DNA of 64,000 nucleotides from Anaeramoeba ignava BMAN (lineage: Eukaryota; Protista; Anaeramoebae), in contig JAPDFW010000027.1 of the NCBI GenBank assembly GCA_028826165.1, forward strand, positions 1 through 64,000, given 5' to 3'. This document shows, in pieces, positions 52,701-64,000 of the stretch (position 1 is the stretch's first letter; the number at the start of each line of letters is the position of its first letter). The notes beneath the pieces are model-generated. The model ran no database searches. It was not told the DNA's origin and was given only the letters and a program-made list of their open reading frames with translations. The translations under genes were made by a program, and so were the position numbers.

Positions 52701-54490
52701 TATAATTAAATATAAAATTATTTATAATATTCTTTTTTTTTTTTTGAATTATAAAAATAGGATATTTTATTTATTCATGACTCTTTTGAATTTGGAGATG
52801 GTGTTGATTCACCTCGGCATACTATTTTTGTTCCTCCAACTCCAAAAGTGGATGATTTAGTAGAAAAAGAAAAGATGAAATTTGTTGGAGTAACAACACA
52901 AACAAGTAAAAAAACAGAAGAAATGACAAAACAACTTGGAAATCTAAGTCTTGAAGAAACAAAAGAACAAGAAAAAGCACAAGAGAATCAAGTTCAAAAC
53001 GAGCAAATTAATCATGATCATTCATATCAAACAGAACCAAATATGAACCATAATGTAAATCATAATTTGCCACAACCAATATATGCAACTTTCCCAACAA
53101 ATGTCCCTAAATCTGATGAACAACTTAGTTCTCATTATCCATTTTTTCCAAATCAAGAAAATCAATATCCACAAATGTCTTCTAATCCTTATGATTCAAT
53201 GACTTTTTCTATGGTTTCTCAAAATTCTATTCCTTTTCCTCATCAGAATAATAATACTAATACCAATACTAGTACTTTTCATGTCCCAGTTTCGGAAAAA
53301 GGACCTGTTCTTACATTCCCTTTGGTTTCAGTTGATCTTTTCTCTGAAAATTTAACTCCCATTTTTATTCCCGAATTTATTGAAGTTTGGAATTTTAAAA
53401 TCTAATATGAAAAAAAAAATAATGTAAAATCTAATTGTTTTTTTTTCCTTTCGTTTAGCTTTGTAAAAGCCAATTTAGTTGCCGATTCCTTCAAAACAAA
53501 ATTGAAACAAACTCGCAAGAATTTATAAATGGATTAATTTTTTTAATACAAAATAATTTTATTGAATTGATGGTGAATCAATTTGGAAATTATCTTTGCC
53601 AAAAAATTTTTGAATTTTGCACACAAGAACAAAGAACATTTATTATCAGCAAAATAGCAGTCTCTATTCCGAAAGTGTCGTTGAATATTTATGGAACAAG
53701 AGCAGTCCAAAAATTGATTGATTCCGTGACAACTGAAGATCAAAAAAAAGCTGTTTTGGCTCAAATTGAAAGAAATACAATAGAGCTAATAAACAATTCG
53801 AACGGAAATCATGTTATTCAAAGATGCTTGCAAAAATTTTCATCCGCAGAAAATGATGTATATAAAGAGAATAATCCATTAATTCATTTATTTACTTACA
53901 TGAAAGGAAATTTAATATTTCATTTTCTTTGTTTTTTTGTGAATATTTAGAAAATCTTTTCCTCCATTATTAATAATTGTGTCCAAATCGCAACTGACAA
54001 ATATGGCTGTTGTGTTCTTCAACGCTGCTTTGATTTTGCATCAAATGAACAAAGAGACGGGCTTTATGAGAAAGTTCGGGAAAATGCCATTTTATTGGTA
54101 GAAGATCAATACGCAAATTACGTTGTTCAGCATATTTTAGAATCTCCTAATTTTGCAGATTCCTTTATCCCAAAAATCATTCCTCATTTTGTGGATCTTT
54201 CTGTGCAAAAATTCTCTTCAAATGTTGTGGAAAAATGCTTAAAAGTTGCCAATAACACAATCAAACAGAAACTAATTGAACAACTTGTATCAAAACAAGA
54301 AAACGTTTTAAAACTTCTACATGACCCTTATGCAAACTATGTGATCCAAACAACAATAAATGTTGCAAATCAAGAACAACAAATTTATATTGCTGAAAGA
54401 ATTAAACCCAATTTATCATCAATCCAAAATCCTTCTTTTCGTAATCGTTTAACAAAAAGAGTGCTTCAAATTCTTGGTAATTCTGATTGA
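49757..54490 (+). CDS. Pumilio/PUF RNA-binding protein, Puf4-class; exons 49757-50050 (donor uncertain), 52761-53384, 53459-53857, 53951-54490
   Basis: Eight PUF repeats with recognition motifs CRFLQ, NYLCQ, TRAVQ, NHVIQ, CCVLQ, NYVVQ, SNVVE and NYVIQ. Confidence 0.9.
50085..52728 (+). repeat. Intronic 12-mer satellite (ATAAAATTATTT)n of about 2.6 kb in Pumilio intron 1
   Basis: Same unit and orientation as 6253-9645. Confidence 0.95.
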
Positions 54491-54717
54491 TTGATTAATT
54501 GATTAATTAATTGAATGAATTCGTTTCAAAGATATATCTTTATCAAATTGTGGTTTATTTTATTTTTTTTTTGTGTGTGGTTGTTTTGTTTTTTTTCTTT
54601 GATAGAAAAACACAGTAAAATATTATTTTCCACTTTATGATTTCTAAAAAAAAAGAAGAAGAAAAAGAAAATCAAATTTAAAAAGCAAAATTGGAAAATG
54701 GAAAAAATTTGGATTTT

Positions 54718-54757
<40 letters not shown>

Positions 54758-54864
54758 TTTTGAACATTGGATGATTTGAAATCATTATCAATTTAATTTG
54801 ATAAAAAGTAAATAAGTTCTTTTTTGTTATTTTTTTCTTTTTTTAAAAAAAATTTTTTGGAAAA

Positions 54865-56946
54865 TTATTTTTCATATCCTTTGTTTCTTTTAATTTTAAA
54901 AAGTCTTGAAGATCTAAAATGTGAAAAAAGATCTTGAGGAGTATCTTTATTTCTTAATTCATTTAGGAATTCCACAATTCCATAAGAATTATGCCAATAA
55001 GATCTGGGATTATAATAAATTGGATTATAAATTTTATTGTCAGGAGTTAAATCACAAAATTCCAAAGAAGTTAATTTTGAAAATTGTGGATCATAATTAA
55101 TTTCATTTCCTATAAGATAAAGTTTTTTGAGATGAGAAAATTCGAAAAAGTTTTTTGGAAGTTCTTTGATAAAACTAAATAAAATAAAATAAAATAAAAG
55201 AAAAGAAAAGAATAAGAAATGAAATTTTTGTTTGTGAATTTGATTTTGTAGTTTGTTACTTGTATGAGAGTGAGAGAATCTGTAAGTAACGAAGTTGTGT
55301 AATTTTTGGATTTACTTGTTGAATTTTGTTATGATCAAGAATTAATGATTCCAGATTGGGAAGTTGACAGATCTCATCAGAAATATTTGGGATGAGATTA
55401 AAGCTGAGATCAACAATGCGAAGATTACGAAGACTTCCAATATGAGCTGGCATAAGATTCAATTTATGTCCTCTTACATAAATTTGTTCCAAATTCGATA
55501 AATGCTTGATTCCTTGGGGAATAAGTCTAAAGTGACAAAAATCACTTTTGAGAATGGAAATTTGTTTGCAATCGAAGATGTGTCTTTCAAAACTTGAAGA
55601 AATATTGTTAAGTCCAAATTCAAAATGGGTTAAATTGGGAAATTGGTTGATACAAGAAATATTGGAAATGGGATTGGCAAAAATTTTGAGTGTTCGAAGA
55701 TTTGGAAAGTGCTGAGGAAGTTTGGGAAATTGTTTGCTGTCGAGTAGATTAAAACTGAGTTTCAAATGCAAAAGAGAAGGGAAAACTTGTTTTTCAACTG
55801 ATGTAAAAATCTCGTAAATAGAATTGCGACAAAGTGAAAGATATTCTAGTTTTGGGATATGAGAAAAAAAGTCAAGATCAAATACTTCAATCGCTTGTCT
55901 TTTAAGAACTAAGTGACGGAGAGAATGATCTAGTCCAAAATAATGTTCGGATGATCGAGGAAGACGAGGAATAGAATTATCGGTCAATTGGATCATCTCT
56001 AAATTTGGCATTTTGGAGATGTATCTGAACAAATTGGGTTGAGGAGAACACTCAAAGTTTTCAAGTCTTAATTTTTGGAGATTAGAAAGATAATGGAAAT
56101 TAGGCGGCAAAGTTAAAACTTGATTTGCGGAATTATAATAGCTTTTGGTATGCTTCAAACAAAGCGACTTAAGATTAACAGCATTAGAACAGAAAGAATC
56201 AGGAATATAATTGACACTAGAATTGCTAATTTTGAGTTTGATTAATTTTTCAAGTGGTTCAAAACTGTTTCTTTTAAGATCAGAAGGGAAAAAAAACCAA
56301 GGAGTTGAGATCCGATCAGAAACCTTGATTTTTTGTAATCCAAAAGTAAACAATTCCTCTGATTGATTAGGCTCAAAAAAACATCCTTTTAGATGCAATT
56401 TTTTTATAGGGACTTCTTCACTGAAAAAATTTTGATAAGAAGATAAATTTTGTTTTCGAGTTGATTGATGTGTGATTCGAATTGTTTTCAGATTGCGTAA
56501 TGAATTCTTAATGTGACTCAAAATAGATGAGAAAATAATTTTGGAGTTTCTAAATCCCACAAAATCTCTCAAAGTTATGTCTCGTGAAAACGAAAACCTC
56601 TTAAAAAGAGTGTTCATTTTTTTTTCGAATTTTGGATCTTTTTCATCGAGATGAATTGAGAACTTTTTCCAGATTTGTGGATCAAATGCCAACCAAAAAA
56701 ACCTATTTTAAAAAGTTATCATTTTTGATCTTTTGTTAAATTTTGATTGATTTTTTTTTTTCTTTTTTTTTGGAAATGAAACAAAATAAAATGAAAGGAG
56801 AAAAGAAATTACTGTTTATTTGCAAGTGATAATAAATATTTTTCTTTAGCATTTAAATAGGAAAAAATTTCAAGTAGTAATTCATTTGGAAGTTCTTCAA
56901 GCATCCAAGGAAGATCTGAGTCTCTTTTCTTAATAACAATTTCCAT
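54865..56946 (-). CDS. F-box plus leucine-rich repeat protein; exons 56946-56813, 56702-55260, 55174-54865
   Basis: F-box LEELPNELLLEIFSYLNAKE..LSLANKQFFWLAFDPQIW spans junction 1, followed by LxxLxLxxN LRRs. Confidence 0.9.
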
Positions 56947-57084
56947 TAAAAAAAAAAGCAAAAATGAAAAGGAGAAAAATGAAAAAATGAAAAAGAAGAA
57001 AAAATAATTTTTTTTACACTTTTTTTTTCCTTTTTTTTTTTTCATTTTTTCATTTTTCTTTTTCATTTACTTTTTTAAAGAAAA

Positions 57085-60000
57085 ATGCAAGAAATTAATT
57101 CAAATTTAAAAATAATTATGATTTGGTTATCAATACCAAAAAATCTTATTAAAAATTATCAAAAAACAAAAGTTTCAATAATTTTTTCAAATCCAAAAAA
57201 TAAAAAATTTGAAAAATTAATTCAACAAAGTGAAAAAACAAAAGAAATTTGGTTTTTACAATTCCCAATAAATTTTCAAGAATTAGAAAAAGAAAAAGAA
57301 AAAGAATATACCAAAAAAATCATTTTCTATTTCAAAATTAAAAATCAAAAAAATAGAAAAGAAAAAAAAATAAAATCATTTCAATATCAAATAATAATTG
57401 GAAATGATCAAAAAAATATTATTTTTGAATTCTTCCGATTTAAAGAAAAACCTCAAAAAAATGATTCAAATAAAATAATAAGCAAGCATATTAGAGATTC
57501 AGTTATTATAAATTTTATGGAATCAATAATTTTCCCAAAAAATCCAATTCAAAAAAAAGATATTTTATTTACTTGGCAAATAATTTTATCTTTATTTCAA
57601 AAAAAATATCCAAAAAATGATGAATTAAAAAAATGGTTAGAATCAAATTCTCAACTTGAAAATACACCTGAACAGAGAGTTTTGTTATTAAGTTTGTTAC
57701 ATTACACATTCAATCCTGAAATTGCTCAATCACTTTTGTTTCCTCAAGAAAATAATTTAGAAATAATTAAGGAAATAACAATTATTATATTTGATTTATT
57801 CAATACAAAATCTCAAGAAAATCAAAATTTTCAAGAAAGCTTTAAAAATTCAATTAATCAAATTTCAACTTCTAAAATGAATGAAAAAGAAAATATCAAA
57901 TTAATTCCTTATTTATTGATTTTTAAAAAACTTAATTTAATAATTCAACAAGAATTTACTTTCAAATCTTCTGAAGAATTATTTCATCAAATTATTATTT
58001 TATTAAATATTGCTTTATCTGACCAAAATTTACACAAATTTATCAATCAAAATTTATTCATTTCCATTTTTGGTCAAAATTATGAATTTAATCAAATTTG
58101 GGAGGAATTCATTATTAAATTAGTTTCTGGTATTGATTCTTACAAAGAAACAATGAACAATTTTTTCAAATCTTTATTTCCTGATCATATTTTCAAAATT
58201 TTTGCAAAAACTCAATTTTCAAACATTTCAAATTTTATTAAATTCTGGTTCTCATTTAATAAAAATTTTACACAAATTAATAAACAAAACAAATCTAATG
58301 AAAATTTACCAAATTTGGATAATGTATTTCTCAACAACTTTTCAATTCAAAGATTTATCCAATCAAACGAAGATTTCTCAAATTTAAGTAACTTTTCAAA
58401 TCAAGAAACAGTTTCACAATATAATGATTTATCGAAAGAATGCAAAGCCAAAATTACTTCATTTCTGAAAAAAACATATCAAAAAATTGATAAAAAATTG
58501 ATTATAGAATCCAAAAATATTCTTCAATTTATTCCATTTGATAATATCCAATTTCAAATTTGGAAAGAATTTTTCAAAATTAATGTTGAATCTCGAAAAA
58601 ATAAAGAATTTGAGTTTATTAAATTACTTCCAGATTTTATAAAAGAAAGTGAAGATCAACTCCAAAAAATATCTCTTACATTTAAATGGTATACAAATTT
58701 CAAAGAAGTAAATAAGAATTTTGAACCAAAAACCAATAAACTAACAAAATTATTGGAAGAATATATCAAACAATTAAATGAATTCAAAGAAAAAATTACT
58801 TCTGATAATTGTTCATATAAAGAATTTAAATTATTTACAAAATATAAAAATGAATATTTACAACTTTTTTATTCATTATCAAAAAAAGAAATTAAATTAA
58901 CTCAAAATGAAGAAAATTACACAAAAATTACTTGGAAACTTAAATTATTAGAAAATTTAATAGATTTTTATTTAGATAGATTTAAAGAACTTCCTCAAAT
59001 CAATTATAATAATATTCTTGATAAAATTAAACAAATTAAAGAATCAAATGAATCAATGGAAGATATTATTCAAATCTTTGATAATTTATCAATTGATTTC
59101 AATTTATTGGAATGGATTTATAATCTTCAATTATCAGAAACTTTTCAAAACATTTGGAATTCAAAAATTCAAAAACTCACAATAACAATTAATTTTGAAG
59201 ATATCAAAAACTATATTTCTGAATGTTCAAAGGAATGGAAAAAATTATACAAACAAATTAAAAAACTTGAAATTAAATTTTCAGAAATTGATTTTATTTT
59301 ACCAATACAACAAGACAAAAATTATCTTCTTAACGAAATTAAATTCTTTAACTCAAATTACCAACTTCAAAAAAATGAAGAAAATGAAGAAAATGAAGAA
59401 AATTTGAAAAAATATATTGAACTTAGAGAACAAATTTTCCATTTTTTCAGTTTTTGGAAATTTTGTGAAAATTTAAATTTTACAAATTATCAAAATATTT
59501 TCACAAATATTATTCAAGATTGGGGAAATTTAAAACTTTCTAAAATAAATCAAATAAGAAATAATTTAGAAGAAAAGATAATGATTAATTTCAATTTTCC
59601 TCTTCATTTATTTAGTCAATTAATTCCCATTAAATTTACTGAAAACAAATCTCAAAATTATATTTATCAAAATCAAAAATTTAAAGAAAAATTATTTAAT
59701 TTCTTAAAGAAACAAAAAAATGATGATATTTTTTATTCAAATATTCATCAAGATATTTCAGAAGATGAAAGACAAAAAGTTGCAATTATATATTTATTCA
59801 ATTTAAGGGAAAGAATAAAAAGTTATTTATATGAACCTGATTCTTCATCTTTTAAATCATTTATCAAACAAATTCAAAAAGAAGAAAAAAATTTTCAAAA
59901 AAATCCAAAAGAAATTTCATTTGAATTAATCCACAATCTTCTTCCAGAAATCAAAGAATTGATAAAAAATAGAAAAGAAACAACTCAATTAAATGCTAAA

Positions 60001-63000
60001 AAAAGTGTTAATGAGATATTTTGTAAAAAATCAGAATTCAAATTTCAAATATCTAAAAATCAAAAACAATTTTTTATTTGCCAAATTAAAATTAAAAATC
60101 AAAATCAAAATCAAAATCAAAATCAAAATCAAAATCAAAATCAAAATCAAAATCAAAATCAAAATCAAAATCAAAATCAAAATCAAATTGAAAATGAAAT
60201 TGAAAATCAAATTGAAAATCAAAATCAAAATCAAAATCAAAATCAAAATCAAATTCAAAATCAAATTCAAAATCAAATTCAAAATCAAAATCAAAATGAA
60301 AATCAAAATCAAAATCAAAATCAAAATCAAAATCAAAATCAAAATCAAAATCAAAATCAAATTGAAAATCAAATTGAAAATCAAATTGAAAATCAAAATC
60401 AAAATCAAAATCAAAAAGAAAATCAAAATCAAAATCAAAATCAAAAAGAAAATCAAAAAGAAAATCAAAATCAAAAAGAAAATCAAAAAGAAAATCAAAA
60501 AGAAAATCAAAAAGAAAATCAAAATCAAATCCAAAATTCAAAAAAAGAATTTTCATTTAATAATTTTCAAGAATTTTTTATAATCCTAAAAGATATTGAA
60601 TTGCAAAATAATTTATTTCAAATTGAAAAAGAAGAAGAAGAAAATACTATTGAAGCTATTCAATCCTTTTTAAATTCTTTTGAAATTATTCAAAAATGCA
60701 AAGAATTATTATTCAAACTTTCTTCAAAACTTCATTTTAATTATAAAGAAAATTATGAAAACAAAATAATTTTTGGAAAAAATGAAAATTATCAAAATAA
60801 ATTGGAAAAATATCGAAAAAAACTTGAAAAAGATTTAAAGAAGTGGAAGTTAGATTTAAAGGAAATATTTAAGAAATATTTTTATTTATCCTTTTTTTCA
60901 ACAAATCAAATTTTGGTTTTATTTCAATTTTTCAAATCAATATTTAAAGAAAAAGAAAAAGAAAAAGAAAAAGAAATTTCAGAAATATTAAAACTTTATT
61001 CAAAAAATTTATCAATTAATATTATCAAAAACAAATTAAAAACAATTCAAGATTTTAAAATTCAAACTTTAGCAGATAATTTAAATCAAATTTTAAAGGA
61101 AAATTTTGATAATCAAAGAATATTCATTTTGCCAAAAGAAGAATTGAATTATGTAACTTATAAATTAATAGAAAATAAGTTAATTAAACGTTTCAATCAA
61201 AAAAGTGGGAAAATTTCAAATCCAAAAATCTTTATTCATTCTTCAAAAACTGAATATGATGTTTATGATATTGTTTCTACAATTTATTTCATTTTTTCTC
61301 ATCAATTACCATTAAGAGAACAAATTCTAATTTGTGATAAACAAACAAAAAAAGATGATATTTCTAATTTTTTGAAAATTTATGAACTTTATAATTCAAA
61401 TGAATTTTCTCAAGAAAAAATAATTAATAATAATAATAATCCTTTTCTATTTTCATTGGTTCATGGAAATAGATTACCTAAAAAGAAACAAAGTTTCCTC
61501 ATCTCAAAAATTCAATCAATTAATTTTGAAACCAAATATCCATTAATTATTTTCTTTTCAGGAGAAGGGTTTCTATCTAAAAATTTGATTTATTCATTTC
61601 GTTCTGGATTAATTGAAAAGGGATATATTGAAGCATTAAATAATTATGATATATATCGCAAGTTTATTGAAATTAATTCATTTTCTAAACAACTTATTGT
61701 TTTTACTTCAAAATTTGCAGGAAATGGAAAAACATTTCAAATAAGGAAATGGTGTTATGAACAAAATCAAAATCCAAAAACAGATTTTAAATATCATAAT
61801 ATCACAATTACATCAGAAAAAAAATCAGAAATTATCAAAAAACTTAATGATTTTTCAAATATTATTTTAAATGAAAATTTAAAAGAAAAAATTTATATTC
61901 ATATTGAATTACCTTATTCTTCAAAAATTGAAATTTCAGATTATCTTTGGACTTTAATAATGTGGGGTTCAATCGAAAACAAAAAATATTTACCAAATAA
62001 TAATTTTGCATGGAACATTTCAAATAATGTAATTTTGATTTTTGAAATTCCAAGTTATAGAGTAGATGAACCAAAAAAAGATTTTATATTATTCCCTACA
62101 CTTAAATATTTGGAAGAAAAAAAATGCAAAGTTAAGAAAAAATTCTTTTCTTTTGATTATTATATTCCAACAAAAAATGGAGAAATATCAAAATATGAAG
62201 ATCAAGATTTAATTCATGTTTCTAATTTATTTGAATTTTATGAACAAAAATTTAAACTATTAGAAGGAAAAAAAAAAGAAAAAAGAATTGAAATGTTTAA
62301 TGATAAATCTTTACTTTATCAAAAGAAAATATTTGAATCAAGCTCAAAATTAATTTCAAAACATTTTAATACAGGAGAATTAACATTTAGATTATTATCA
62401 AATTTTTGGATGGTTTTGAAATATCATATTAATTTATTAATGGGTTATGAATATCTTGATCCAAAAATGGCAAAATATTTATTCCAAACTGAAGAAAAAG
62501 GTGAATTATTTCAAAAACAATTCATAGATTCTTATTTCCTTTCAGTTATTAAATTAATATATCGTTCATTTGATTGGACTAAATTATTGGATAATAATCT
62601 AATAGAATTAAAGGAATCATGTGAAATTTTTAAAGAAATACTTCCTTGGGAAAAAAGAGATTTATTTATTCTTATTCTTAAAATTTCAACCAAAAAAAAA
62701 GGAAATCAAGAAAAAGTTGAAAATTTAAAATATTTAAGTGGATTTAATCTTCTTGGAATAGATGAAAAAGAAATAAGGAGTTATTTTGATCCAGAGCTAC
62801 AACCAATATTAAAGGCAAATGGACTTAAATTTAATGAACCTCTTCCAAAATATTCCAAACTTAAAGATTATGAATTAGTATTTTCTTCATTCAAATCTTT
62901 ATCTTTATCTCCATCTCAAATTGAAATCGAAAATCTTATATCTTCTCATAAAGAAAACAATTCAAAATATGTATTAACGAATGATAATTTTTTGAAAATG

Positions 63001-64000
63001 ATATTTATTCAATATAAATTACTTTCAAATCTTCCTATTATTTTGATTGGAGAAACTGGATGTGGAAAAACATCATTAGTTGAATATTTATGTGAAACAA
63101 TTATGAAACAAAAATTAATTCTTTTCCTAGTTAATGGGAAAACCAAAAGAAAAGAAATTTATTCAATTATTGAAAATTCAGAAAAAGAAATTCAAAAAGA
63201 AGAAAAATTTATTATTATCTTCTTTGATGAATTCAACACAGCACCCAAAAAATGTTTAATTTTAATGAAATCTCTTTTTTTTGATAGAACTTTAAATGGA
63301 AAAATTATTTCTCCTCAAATTAAATTTATTGCAGCTGGAAATCCTTATAGATTAAGGAATAAAACAAAAATTGATGAAGATTTCTTAACTGATGAAGGAT
63401 TAATATTTGATTATGGAGAAAAACAAGGTGAAATGAAATTATTAAGACAAGAAGTTTATAGAGTTCATCAAATTTCTGATTCATTTTTTGATGATATTTT
63501 TGATTTTGGGAATTTAACACAACAAAAAGAACAAAAAGAACAAAAAACAGAAAAAACAGAAAAAACAGAAAAAACAGAAAAAACAGAAAAAACAGAAAAA
63601 CCTTATATAGAAAAAATAATCCAAAATTCTATTAATGAAATTAATTCAAAAAAATCATCAATTTTTATTGATTCAACAAAATTTACAAAATTATTTACAG
63701 AATTATTAGCTAAATCATTTAATTTTGTTCGATATCATTCAAATGATAAATTAAGTGCAGTTTCTTTAAGAGATTGTCCTAAAACACTCAAAATTTTTAA
63801 TTGGTTATTAACAGAAACAAATGTAGATTTCTTACTTCCATCAAAAACTACAATCAAAATCAAAAAATTATGGATTCATTTATTATATCATTATTCATTT
63901 CTTTTGGTTGTCAATTCAATTCAGATTTAAGATTAGCATATTTCAAAATTCTTTATGAAAAATTTTCCAAATTTTATAAGAAAAATGAAAATGAAAATAA
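57085..64000 (+). CDS. RNF213/mysterin-like giant AAA+ ATPase, partial; probable frameshift near 63850, likely continues beyond the window
   Basis: SKFAGNGKT, YVLTNDNFLKM, LIGETGCGKT, FFDEFNT, FIAAGNPYR, YRVHQ, FDFGNL and VSLRD occur in RNF213 order; an alternative frame stays open from about 63853 to the window end. Confidence 0.85.
60097..60535 (+). repeat. (AAAATC)n-type satellite translated in frame as NQ/IENQ/KENQ repeats inside the RNF213-like ORF
   Basis: Direct repeats; the ORF stays open through them. Confidence 0.93.

Noticed and set aside
60023-60547. In-frame GT-AG intron that would remove the NQ repeat from the RNF213-like gene
   Set aside because: Splicing this 525-nt span would create a TAA at the junction.
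1-64000. tRNA, rRNA, transposase or reverse transcriptase genes, U12 AT-AC introns
   Set aside because: None recognisable by eye; all reconstructed introns are GT-AG. tRNAscan and Infernal were not run.

Overview
Very AT-rich, intron-containing eukaryotic genomic DNA using the standard genetic code and GT-AG introns. The gene content (Ank-BTB and Kelch-BTB proteins, an SBBP surface protein, an RNF213-like ATPase, AAAATC/AAAATT satellites) resembles the anaerobic metamonad Anaeramoeba; this assignment is an inference. I reconstructed about 17 spliced gene models by hand: an SBBP/Cys-rich surface protein, an unknown membrane protein, an Na+/H+ exchanger, two MFS paralogs, MED13, two cathepsin L-like paralogs, Ank-BTB, a YeeE/YedE sulfur transporter, Kelch-BTB, TMEM128-like, TARG1/OARD1 (missed by the ORF track), a PH/coiled-coil protein, PIG-O, a Puf4-class Pumilio, an F-box-LRR protein and an RNF213-like AAA+ protein. 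The most striking non-gene signal is that many introns are filled end to end with G-poor tandem repeats grown from local seeds. The same intron in the two MFS paralogs holds two unrelated satellites yet is 1095 and 1101 nt long. Other highlights are an intron-containing, bacterial-type YeeE thiosulfate transporter, an RNF213-like gene head-to-head with an F-box-LRR gene, and a modular C-terminal BTB adaptor family. Several frameshifts and noisy segments (1-2880, 34950-36360) may be long-read assembly errors.
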